Virus record (IMG/VR): IMGVR_UViG_3300016659_000028
Coordinates: 1 to 46,630 of that record
Strand: one strand, 5' to 3'
DNA: 46,630 nucleotides
DNA from: a virus
Taxonomy: Duplodnaviria > Caudoviricetes
This document shows, piece by piece, positions 28,851-36,307 of the stretch. The translations under genes were made by a program, and so were the position numbers. Every line of letters begins with the position of its first letter. Position 1 is the stretch's first letter. The notes beneath the pieces are model-generated. The model was not told the origin of the DNA, searched no databases, and saw only the letters and a list, made by a program, of their open reading frames with translations.

Positions 28851-29209
28851 GCCATTATTTCACCCTCCGTTTCGACTCTGAGCAAGAGGCCCTCGCCACC
28901 GCCGAGGCCCTGCGGCTGTTGCCGCCCGAGGAGGAGGAGATGCGCGATCTGTTGGTGATCTCGCAGCCGGGACTGTTCGGCCAGGCGCAGCTCATCACTG
29001 ACGTTGTGGTGCCCGGCACCTACGACCCCGAGACTGGCGAGGAGCTGACGCCGCCCGTCCCAGTGCCCGGCGCATTCGTCAACGTCATCCTGAACCGCGT
29101 TATCCTGCCCTCGGCCCTCCGCCCCTACCGCGTGCCCTACGGCAGCGGCGGCGTCTGCTGGGCTGGCACTGAACCGGAGCCCAACGCATGGCCTCCGAGC
29201 CTGTCTTAG
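28847..29209 (+). CDS. fibre-associated assembly/partner protein
   Basis: LRF.SE.EA...GTYDPETGEELTPP...G.FVN pattern; GC-rich; coupled to the fibre gene. Confidence 0.65.
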   Translation: MSHYFTLRFDSEQEALATAEALRLLPPEEEEMRDLLVISQPGLFGQAQLITDVVVPGTYDPETGEELTPPVPVPGAFVNVILNRVILPSALRPYRVPYGSGGVCWAGTEPEPNAWPPSLS

Positions 29210-29237
29210 CTAACATAAAAGAAACAGGGCTTGCACC

Positions 29238-29753
29238 ATGCTTCGCATTAGAAACGGGGAACAACTAGAGCGTCAGCTAATGACCAGCGATGGTCAAGAG
29301 GCAAGGCTTGCCTTCAATCGCCCCGGCACTACTTTTACTTATTCTGGTAATGTCGTTGTTGGTTCCACGGCATCTGGTGTATTTGAAGTGGTGACTAGCG
29401 GCGAAACCAACATGAGCTTGTTCGTCACTAATGCTCGCGTCAAGATGGCGCGAAGTGGTGTACCGTCTGGTTATTCGGCAATGCGTGTGCATTGGTTTAA
29501 TGAAGCACCATCAGGGATTAGCGATGGAGCGGCCCTAGTGGTGAACAGTGGTGATAGTGCCAAGTACAAAGGCTATAGCGACCTCCTTGGAACAGTGGAC
29601 CTAGGGCAAACCATTGTCACTCAAGGCACTTTGCTGAACAAGCAAATCCTGCTTAAGAGCGCTTCAGTGTGGCTGGCTCTAACTCCTAGCACTGTGTTTG
29701 CTGCAGCCTCTGGCACACCTTATCAAGTTGAACTTGACTATTTTGTGGTTTGA
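29238..29753 (+). CDS. putative virion structural protein
   Basis: 171 aa beta-rich protein with its own TAACAT box and 8 Ser-Gly pairs. Confidence 0.6.
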   Translation: MLRIRNGEQLERQLMTSDGQEARLAFNRPGTTFTYSGNVVVGSTASGVFEVVTSGETNMSLFVTNARVKMARSGVPSGYSAMRVHWFNEAPSGISDGAALVVNSGDSAKYKGYSDLLGTVDLGQTIVTQGTLLNKQILLKSASVWLALTPSTVFAAASGTPYQVELDYFVV

Positions 29754-30031
29754 TGGAAGATCAATACTGGCGGTTTGCCACTGAGAAAGAAGCTATTAGC
29801 GCCTTAATTGCGGCCAAGATCATTGCCAGTGGTAGTACTGTCGCCACTATTGGAGCTTTGGACCTCGTGGGGACTATTCGCTACGGCGGAAGGTTTGACT
29901 ACGAGGCTCGTCGCTTGCTTTCCCCTCCATTGGCCTATTCTGGCTACCATGTGAATTATCGTGGACCAGTTGTAGCAAGTCTCGCTAAGTATCGCGTATT
30001 TCCCTCTAGTCCATCGCGGAAGTTTGCATGA
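29750..30031 (+). CDS. fibre-associated assembly/partner protein, paralogue of 28847..29209
   Basis: RF.TE.EA...G.FD.E...L.PP...GYHVN...P.SP.RKFA pattern. Confidence 0.6.
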   Translation: MMEDQYWRFATEKEAISALIAAKIIASGSTVATIGALDLVGTIRYGGRFDYEARRLLSPPLAYSGYHVNYRGPVVASLAKYRVFPSSPSRKFA

Positions 30032-30369
30032 TGGAACAAGCCTGTTTTCCAATTACGATCACTCAAGGTGCGACGTTTGATCTGGAAGTGGCGTGGCAAG
30101 ATTCCAATGGAGTAGGAATCAATATGTCAGGCTGGACGCTAAAGTCTGACCTTTACAATCGCCTTGGCACGCAAAAGCTCGCTTCTTTTTCTTTGCCATG
30201 GTCTAATCAGGCTAGTGGTATTTTCAGGCTCGTAATGCCAGCCAGTGTTACGAGTGGCATCACAGAGAATGGTCAATACGACATTTTTGCCACTAGCCCA
30301 TCAGGGCAAGTTTATTGCCTTTTGGAAGGCCCTGCTTCTCTCAATCCGAGTTTTTCGTTTCGGCCATGA
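30028..30369 (+). CDS. Ig-like adaptor protein (BppU-N-like)
   Basis: ITQGATF...W.D..G..I..SG.T...YD+.......LEG pattern. Confidence 0.65.
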   Translation: MMEQACFPITITQGATFDLEVAWQDSNGVGINMSGWTLKSDLYNRLGTQKLASFSLPWSNQASGIFRLVMPASVTSGITENGQYDIFATSPSGQVYCLLEGPASLNPSFSFRP

Positions 30370-30881
30370 CTGTTGTTGTTAGTTATACGGAAAACAGCGT
30401 AGTATTGCGCGAACCTGGACCTGCTGGTCCACAGGGTATTCCTGGCTCCAGCATTCGGTATCAAGGACAAATTGCTCGCTCTACTATTGGCACTGTCTCT
30501 GGCATTGTGCAGAGTTCATACACGCTAGTGGCCATTAGTGGCACGTTTGATTCCTCCATTACCAGTGGAGTAGTGATTGGCTCTGGTTTTGCCTTGCGCA
30601 ATAACACGGGACAAACACTAGTATTTGCAGCCAATGTTGCGACTGAAGCTAGTGCTGGCAATCAAGAACATCTTGGGCTGATGCTAACCAAAAACGGAAC
30701 TGTGGTGTCAGGCAGTGAAGTGAGAGGCCATACTGGCAATTCATCTTCTGCTGTTCCATTGACTATTCCAAGCTATTTCATCAGCCTTAACAATGGCGAC
30801 GAAGTGGGACTAGCAGTGGCAAACTTCTCAGCCAATGCCAATGTTTCTTTAGAGCGCACTCGCCTAACCTTGAGCGTTTAA
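30366..30881 (+). CDS. short collagen-like fibre with a C1q/BclA-like head
   Basis: PGPAGPQGIPG Gly-X-Y stretch followed by a beta domain ending ISLNNGDEVGL.V.N. Confidence 0.65.
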   Translation: MTVVVSYTENSVVLREPGPAGPQGIPGSSIRYQGQIARSTIGTVSGIVQSSYTLVAISGTFDSSITSGVVIGSGFALRNNTGQTLVFAANVATEASAGNQEHLGLMLTKNGTVVSGSEVRGHTGNSSSAVPLTIPSYFISLNNGDEVGLAVANFSANANVSLERTRLTLSV

Positions 30882-31975
30882 TAATCCCACCTGATACGAG
30901 GACGACCAGGCCTAATGCCGAGGTGGACAAAACCTTTCTGTGCGCCATAGCCAAGGCTATAAGGCCAATTCTTGTCGCACCAATCTTGCACGTCATAAAT
31001 GCTCTTGCCAGTAACGAGAAAGTCCACAGCACCAGTGTCAGGGGCATCGTAAAGGTGTTCGGACTGGCTAGCTCCTCCAACGGCCCTATTGATGGCCGGA
31101 GGGCGATACCCTGAAGTGATTTCAATGGGCGCACCAAACTGAGCCCGCACTTTCTCCAGAAATTCAGCAATCAATCGTGCAGTGGCGCATTGATGGGCAG
31201 CCACAAATCGTCGAGCCTCTTGCTGCAAGGCAAACTCACCATACGTGATGTGGGGCGTGATTTGCAGGCTAAAGGGACTGGCAGGCACAAAGGCCGCAGG
31301 AGCCGCTGGAGGAGCCGCTGGAGGCTTAGGCAAGCCTTTGCTCCATAGTGCCCCCTCTGCTGCCCTACGTCGCCTCAGACCAGCCTCTGTGGCCGTACCA
31401 GGATTAACGTAGAGCACCATGGCTGCGGGCACTTGCCCCCATGCAAACTCACCAAGTCGCCTGGTGATGGTCTCAAATCCAGCTTGGCCATAAAAGTTCC
31501 AGCCCACGTTATAGGCGAAGCTCATCAAAGCTCCCTTTTGCCCATCGCTCATCTTGTCCCAGCCTGGAATTGTGCGCTTCAAAGTGGGCAGCACAAAGTT
31601 TTCTAACGTATTGGCCAACATGGCATCAGCCGCGCTTTGCGTGATGCGATCCCCTTTCTTGACCGGAGTACCATTAAAATGCTTAGTGTTGCCCCAGCCA
31701 ATCGTCCACACTCCCACTCCATCGTCATAAGCCTCAAGCTCACAACCTTCAAACTCTTTTACTAGCGCCAGCCCTTCAGCCGGAACCATGGAAGGGACAG
31801 GATTGGGCACTACTTGTTTGCCGGCACTAGACCACGTAGCAAACCACGGCTGGCTCTTGGCCATGGGATCGGGAATGAGCTTAGACAATGCCTCGTCAAG
31901 CTCTACAAGGGCCGCATCCTGATGGGGCAGCCCTTTGTAGAAGCGGACAATATCACGCACCAGTACGCGAGACAT
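30878..31975 (-). CDS. endolysin: GH24 lysozyme plus M15A-type Zn peptidase
   Basis: The protein reads on the minus strand (CAT at 31973-31975, TTA at 30878-30880), although the track labels it +. EFEG..L.AY.DGVGVWTIGWG indicates GH24; SGYRPP..N..VGGAS.S.H, AVDF and GFVHLG indicate M15A. Confidence 0.9.
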   Translation of the reverse strand: MSRVLVRDIVRFYKGLPHQDAALVELDEALSKLIPDPMAKSQPWFATWSSAGKQVVPNPVPSMVPAEGLALVKEFEGCELEAYDDGVGVWTIGWGNTKHFNGTPVKKGDRITQSAADAMLANTLENFVLPTLKRTIPGWDKMSDGQKGALMSFAYNVGWNFYGQAGFETITRRLGEFAWGQVPAAMVLYVNPGTATEAGLRRRRAAEGALWSKGLPKPPAAPPAAPAAFVPASPFSLQITPHITYGEFALQQEARRFVAAHQCATARLIAEFLEKVRAQFGAPIEITSGYRPPAINRAVGGASQSEHLYDAPDTGAVDFLVTGKSIYDVQDWCDKNWPYSLGYGAQKGFVHLGIRPGRPRIRWDY

Positions 31976-32121
31976 CAGCGGCGATACGGAGCGAACAGAG
32001 CCTTGGCAATGGCAATGATCAGTTCCACTTGCGAATTGGGCTTGATCGGCAGCATTGCAATGATGGTTTCAATGGCGCCAACAATCACGGCGCCAATGGC
32101 CATGTACTCAAGAGCAGTCAT
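31975..32121 (-). CDS. putative holin (48 aa, not in the ORF track)
   Basis: MTALEYMAIGAVIVGAIETIIAMLPIKPNSQVELIIAIAKALFAPYRR: hydrophobic with a basic C-terminus; TGATG-coupled to the endolysin. Confidence 0.7.
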   Translation of the reverse strand: MTALEYMAIGAVIVGAIETIIAMLPIKPNSQVELIIAIAKALFAPYRR

Positions 32122-32145
32122 TAGAGCAAAGCAACTACGAATAGC

Positions 32146-32397
32146 TTAGCGTTTAATCTCCAAGATTCTTACTCGATCCATCAAGTTATCCACGTCTGCA
32201 GAATCGGCCTTGCCATCCACCTTGCTGGTCAGAGCATCGACGAGCTTTGTGATGGTCTCAATTTGAGTATTGATTCTTACTTGCTGTTGTCCCACGGCAA
32301 TCAAAGTGCCACCACTGGCCAGCAAAATAGCCGCCGTTACCGTGCTCGTTAGAGAGCCCAGCCATTCCTGCCAAGGTTTGTCGCTTGGTTCTGCCAT
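32146..32397 (-). CDS. single-TM coiled-coil protein of the lysis cassette
   Basis: Hydrophobic segment LTSTVTAAILLASGGTLIAV followed by a heptad pattern ending RVRILE. Confidence 0.6.
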   Translation of the reverse strand: MAEPSDKPWQEWLGSLTSTVTAAILLASGGTLIAVGQQQVRINTQIETITKLVDALTSKVDGKADSADVDNLMDRVRILEIKR

Positions 32398-32477
32398 TGC
32401 TTCATTTCCATTCCTCCATTTTATAGGAAAGTTGCTTTTCAACTTTGCCTTAGGCTATAGGCAGTGGCGACGATTGC

Positions 32478-32927
32478 ATGGAAGTGGCCTACCATCCTGA
32501 CGATCTGCTCAATAACTTAATTGAACTTCGCCCTGGTGATGCTCGCAAACGTTTTCGTAAGGCCATTTTCGATGACTACCCCCTGCGCGGTCCATTGGGT
32601 CATTGCTGTTGCGCTTATTGCGGCAAATGGAATGAAAGGCTAACGCTGGATCACGTTATTCCCAAAAGCAAAGGCGGCCCGCACTATTCTCGCTACAACT
32701 TAGTGCCAGCCTGTAATCGTTGCAATGTAATCAAGGCCAGTGATGACCTATTGGAGTTCTGGCGCCCTCAAGAATGGTGGTCAGAAGAACGCGAGGTAAT
32801 TCTGTTTCGATGGGTGATGGTTAATTCATGGATGGCAGGAAGATTAGCGGAGGCAGACAGTCTGCCTCCAGCGCAGCCACTAATTATTCCATTCCCTGAT
32901 CTGTCATTTGATCAATCAAGCGGTTAA
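32478..32927 (+). CDS. HNH endonuclease
   Basis: CAYCG...LTLDHVIPKSKGG....NLVPACNRCN.K motif. Confidence 0.9.
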   Translation: MEVAYHPDDLLNNLIELRPGDARKRFRKAIFDDYPLRGPLGHCCCAYCGKWNERLTLDHVIPKSKGGPHYSRYNLVPACNRCNVIKASDDLLEFWRPQEWWSEEREVILFRWVMVNSWMAGRLAEADSLPPAQPLIIPFPDLSFDQSSG

Positions 32928-33132
32928 GGTACCATCGTGCTTTTTCTGCATCTTGCTTCGGCTTGCCTTTATACCAAAGCCTTAGCAAGTACTTCAGCGC
33001 TTGGCCATGGAGGAAAGCCAAGTTTGGGAGAGGCGCAACTTTAATTGCATCTTCGATTGTGATGATGGCCTCTTGTGAACCCTGCTTGTAGTGACTGGGA
33101 TGATTGACAGGATCGTTCATGGAATCAGACAT
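32884..33132 (-). CDS. DUF3310 / T7 gp1.7-like nucleotide kinase domain protein
   Basis: DPVNHPSHY, G.ALKYL.R...KG...D..KA.WYL.RLI motifs; start at MSDS overlaps the thyX stop. Confidence 0.85.
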   Translation of the reverse strand: MSDSMNDPVNHPSHYKQGSQEAIITIEDAIKVAPLPNLAFLHGQALKYLLRLWYKGKPKQDAEKARWYLNRLIDQMTDQGME

Positions 33133-33838
33133 TGACGGCACCATTTTCCAGAAGGGCAAAAACGTGGGGGAACCGAGAAGAGGCAAGATCGGCAAGGGCT
33201 TTGGCATACTGGCGAATTTCGTATTGAGCACCATCCTCTTGACGCAAGGCAATAAAGTGCAAAAGAGCTTGCAATGAGCAGGTCCAAGTGAAGCTCGTAT
33301 AAAGACACGCTGGCAAAATAGCACGAGCTTGTTCTTTCGCTACCCCCATTTCAATGAGACTAACGTAGCTTTCAACAGCAACACCAACGGCACGACTATA
33401 AATAGCACTAGCTTCACTTTGCTCTGCGATTTCACCATTGCTTGCTTGCTTGTTGCTTGTAGATTGAGCACGAAACAATGAAGGATAGTAGTATTCATTA
33501 TCTTTTGCTTGGCAATAGCGAAAGCTCTTTTCGTTCCAGCCAAGCTGATCATCAACGTAAGTGCAAGCAACAACATGCTTGAACCACTGGCGAGCAATGA
33601 ATAGTGGCGCCTTAACGTGAAAGCGTAAAATACTCCCTCGCAATGGAGAGGTGTGGTTATTGGAAAGCAGGAAGCTCAAAAGCCCCTGCTCTTTCTCGCC
33701 AAATTGTTGTGAATAACGATCATAGCTTTGCTTGGCATCATTCACGATGGCCAAGTCATCGCCCATGGCATCAAGCAATACAACTTTGCCAATCCCGTCG
33801 TCAAGCGGAAACCGCTGATTTAGCCCTTCACTAGCCAT
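33125..33838 (-). CDS. thyX: flavin-dependent thymidylate synthase
   Basis: MGDDL.IVN.A, H.SP, KAPLF+ARQW.KH, WNEKS.RY, GVAKEQAR..LP and LR....AQ.EIR.YA motifs. Confidence 0.92.
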   Translation of the reverse strand: MASEGLNQRFPLDDGIGKVVLLDAMGDDLAIVNDAKQSYDRYSQQFGEKEQGLLSFLLSNNHTSPLRGSILRFHVKAPLFIARQWFKHVVACTYVDDQLGWNEKSFRYCQAKDNEYYYPSLFRAQSTSNKQASNGEIAEQSEASAIYSRAVGVAVESYVSLIEMGVAKEQARAILPACLYTSFTWTCSLQALLHFIALRQEDGAQYEIRQYAKALADLASSRFPHVFALLENGAVNV

Positions 33839-34173
33839 AGAGGCCGAATGCGTTGCAATGGCACGATAGCACTAATCCGCCCTCCGTTGTCCCATTTGAC
33901 TTTGGCGCAAAGCCTATTGCCTTGCTTCTCCAGCCTTTCCAGGGTGCCTTCAATGGCAGTGGCTAGCCATCCTGCTGCTGTCCATTTCACCATCACTACA
34001 GCCTCTCCTGTCGTCCATTGGTAGCCCTTGGGTGAAGGGGGCAGGTAGTGGCGGCGGGCAATCCACCCATCTGGTTTCGGTCTCCCCGCCTCCTCCACAT
34101 GCTCAATTCTGTAGCAATAACGTGCTCTCTTATCTAGCCTAGTCGTATAGACCAAGCGTTTCTCAATCATCAT
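33820..34173 (-). CDS. hypothetical protein
   Basis: 117 aa basic ORF co-oriented with and overlapping the thyX start; SH3-like beta pattern in the C-terminal half. Confidence 0.5.
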   Translation of the reverse strand: MMIEKRLVYTTRLDKRARYCYRIEHVEEAGRPKPDGWIARRHYLPPSPKGYQWTTGEAVVMVKWTAAGWLATAIEGTLERLEKQGNRLCAKVKWDNGGRISAIVPLQRIRPLWLVKG

Positions 34174-34525
34174 GGCCTTTACCCTTCCTGTGATGGCTAG
34201 TTACAATGGCCGCAAGTTTCTTATCACCATGGGTCCTTTTGATCACACTGCTGAGCGTGAGTTTTCGCTAATTGCAGCAAAGACTGCCGTTGACCACTGC
34301 ACTGACCTAGAAGCCCTCAAGGGAAACACCAAAAACCTTGTTGATGCCTATGGCGCCTTGCAAACTGCCTTCCAAGGACTGATGATTGAAAACATCAGGC
34401 TCCGGCAGACGGTTGACGCGCAGGCGTCAGATCTAGTGGCGGCAGATGCTCTACTCCAGGAATGTGCTTCCCGGTACGACTCCGGATGGTGGCGGCGATT
34501 ACTTCGTACCATCTTTGCTCCCTGA
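34172..34525 (+). CDS. hypothetical helical protein, possibly NblA-like
   Basis: E..F.L......V.....E..K....L pattern followed by a coiled coil; TAGCCT box upstream. Confidence 0.55.
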   Translation: MAFTLPVMASYNGRKFLITMGPFDHTAEREFSLIAAKTAVDHCTDLEALKGNTKNLVDAYGALQTAFQGLMIENIRLRQTVDAQASDLVAADALLQECASRYDSGWWRRLLRTIFAP

Positions 34526-34880
34526 CCATTTGTGGAGTAATCAAAAAGATCACCCAACCATCAGCAAAAGCTAAGTTGTACTTAATGGCATCACGTTCAT
34601 AGCCCATGCCTTGCACATGGCGCCCGCCAGTGTAAATGCCACCTTGAATTTCAATGCCCACTTTGCTTTCCTCGTGAGCAAAGTCCAGCCGATAGCGCCG
34701 ACTGCGCTTGCTTTTCCTTAGCCTTTGCGCATAGTCATCTTCCCATGTTGGAATGTCATCAAACTCGCTATAAAGAGGCAGGTTAGGGAAATTGTAAACC
34801 CAAGTGCCCCAAAACTTACGCTCTAGGGAACTGGCATTTTTGTGCAGTGTGGGGGAGTTCTGACGGTGCACAAGCAGCAA
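34395..34880 (-). CDS. Vsr/DUF559-like PD-(D/E)XK endonuclease
   Basis: YRLDFA...VGIEIQGG....GRH....GY..D..KYN.A...GW motif; start uncertain (TTG 34880 or GTG 34871). Confidence 0.8.
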   Translation of the reverse strand: MLLVHRQNSPTLHKNASSLERKFWGTWVYNFPNLPLYSEFDDIPTWEDDYAQRLRKSKRSRRYRLDFAHEESKVGIEIQGGIYTGGRHVQGMGYERDAIKYNLAFADGWVIFLITPQMVREQRWYEVIAATIRSRTGKHIPGVEHLPPLDLTPARQPSAGA

Positions 34881-34902
34881 TTAACTGCCTGACAGTCTAA
34901 AC

Positions 34903-34924
34903 AAAAAGAGGGCCAGTGGCCCTC
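34903..34924 (-). terminator. intrinsic terminator after dcd
   Basis: GAGGGCC-3 nt loop-GGCCCTC stem followed by a T-run on the minus strand. Confidence 0.7.
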
Positions 34925-34930
34925 CTTTAC

Positions 34931-35515
34931 TCAAACCGTCGCCAGCATCGGCACTGTTGCTGCATTCTGGTAAGCCCCTTCGTATGGCTTTTCCACTTCT
35001 CCGCAGTCGGCCAGTACAATCTGCGCAATGCCTTCATTGGCCCAAATCCGGGCAAACATTGGCGTTGGATTGACAATCGAAATCGTTAAGTGGCCGCACC
35101 ATCCAGGTTCAATGGGCGTGATATTAGCAATAATACCAAGACGGGCATAAGTGGACTTACCAAAACCAAACCCCATGACGTGATTGGGCATGGTGAATAG
35201 CTCCACTGATGCCCCCAAAGCTGAACAATGGGGAGGCAGCCAGAAAAAGCTTCCTTCATCAGTGGTTTGTAGTTCTGCCGTGACTGGTTCAATCACTTGA
35301 CTGAGTTTGGGGCACAAAAACACTGGATGATCTTCTGGTGGTGTAAAGACTAGGAATCGCTCAGGTGACAATGTAATGTCATAACCTGCTTGGCTCAAGC
35401 CGAAAGACACTGCTTTCCGCCCATTGTCATTCAAGCGACACTTTTTGCCATGGTAAGGAAAGAAAACTTCCTTGCCGTCTTGCAGGACTTGCAGGGCTTT
35501 GTCGTTGTAGATCAT
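34931..35515 (-). CDS. dcd: dCTP deaminase
   Basis: SFGLS..GYD+, GKSTYARLG+, TP+EPGW.G.LT and ANEGIAQ motifs; start MIYND at 35515. Confidence 0.92.
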   Translation of the reverse strand: MIYNDKALQVLQDGKEVFFPYHGKKCRLNDNGRKAVSFGLSQAGYDITLSPERFLVFTPPEDHPVFLCPKLSQVIEPVTAELQTTDEGSFFWLPPHCSALGASVELFTMPNHVMGFGFGKSTYARLGIIANITPIEPGWCGHLTISIVNPTPMFARIWANEGIAQIVLADCGEVEKPYEGAYQNAATVPMLATV

Positions 35516-35525
35516 AGTAGGAGAA

Positions 35526-35936
35526 TCAGAGAGCTTGAACTTTGCGCTTGAAATCGGACCATTCATCATGGTGGTAGTAACAACTACCCTTTCGGTTCTC
35601 GTCGTCCACAACATAGTCTTTGACTTCCTGTAAAGACGAAAACCAACGAATCTGATTTTCAAGTTCGTTGATCAGTTCATCCACTTCGGCGTACGTGCTG
35701 CAAGACTGCAGAGAATCACAGACAGAGCACGATCCGTAGGCGAACGTCAAAAAACCAAAACCCTTGTCATCGTTTTGAAGAACTGCAACTGTATCACCTT
35801 GATACCAGCCAAGATCTTCTTGCGCCAAAACCATGCCGAAACTCTGAATGATTGGACTGTAATCACCTGCATGGGGAAACTTGCCGCGACTATCAAGAGG
35901 GTACAGAACTTGCGCTGGACTGATGATTTCTGTCAT
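35526..35936 (-). CDS. hypothetical phage protein with GSCSxCD motif
   Basis: YQGD...FGF...YGSCSVCD; acidic; likely start MTEII. Confidence 0.65.
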   Translation of the reverse strand: MTEIISPAQVLYPLDSRGKFPHAGDYSPIIQSFGMVLAQEDLGWYQGDTVAVLQNDDKGFGFLTFAYGSCSVCDSLQSCSTYAEVDELINELENQIRWFSSLQEVKDYVVDDENRKGSCYYHHDEWSDFKRKVQAL

Positions 35937-36017
35937 GGTGAAGGAATAGGAGAAAGGAGGGCTGCTCCGATGCACAATGCAAGAAACAGCCCTCCAACTG
36001 CAAAACGGGCAATCAGA

Positions 36018-36263
36018 TCAAAAAGCGTCGCTTTCGTCATTCACCCACATGGAGGCATAGCCTTTGCCTTGAGTGCCATCACGATCACCCTTCACCTTGA
36101 CGCTGCCAGTGTGAGTGGGAGACCTGTCAGAACGACGTTCACGCGCTTCCCAGCACGCAAAGTCAAGGCTGTAGTTACCACGCTCGTTCGGGCCTTTGGC
36201 TTTGAGCGCATTCAGCAGTTCGGGCGTCAGGTCGATTGCGCCACTAAACGGAGGACGGGCCAT
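36018..36263 (-). CDS. small single-stranded DNA-binding-like protein
   Basis: 81 aa beta protein with acidic-aromatic tail DESDAF, next to the exonuclease and annealase genes. Confidence 0.6.
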   Translation of the reverse strand: MARPPFSGAIDLTPELLNALKAKGPNERGNYSLDFACWEARERRSDRSPTHTGSVKVKGDRDGTQGKGYASMWVNDESDAF

Positions 36264-36307
36264 TGTCAGATCAGTAGGAAAATGCCTTTCGGCTTGCTAA
36301 TCGTAGC

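Noticed and set aside
22843-29209. Diversity-generating retroelement or invertible fibre switch
   Set aside because: No reverse transcriptase or invertase in the window, and no near-identical template/variable repeat pair or flanking inverted repeats were seen; similarity among the fibres is only at protein level.
30878-31975. Endolysin on the + strand as given by the ORF track
   Set aside because: The listed protein is encoded by the reverse complement (CAT at 31973-31975, TTA at 30878-30880).
32478-32927. HNH gene as part of an intron or mobile element
   Set aside because: It is free-standing between intact genes and interrupts none of them; no intron core was recognised.
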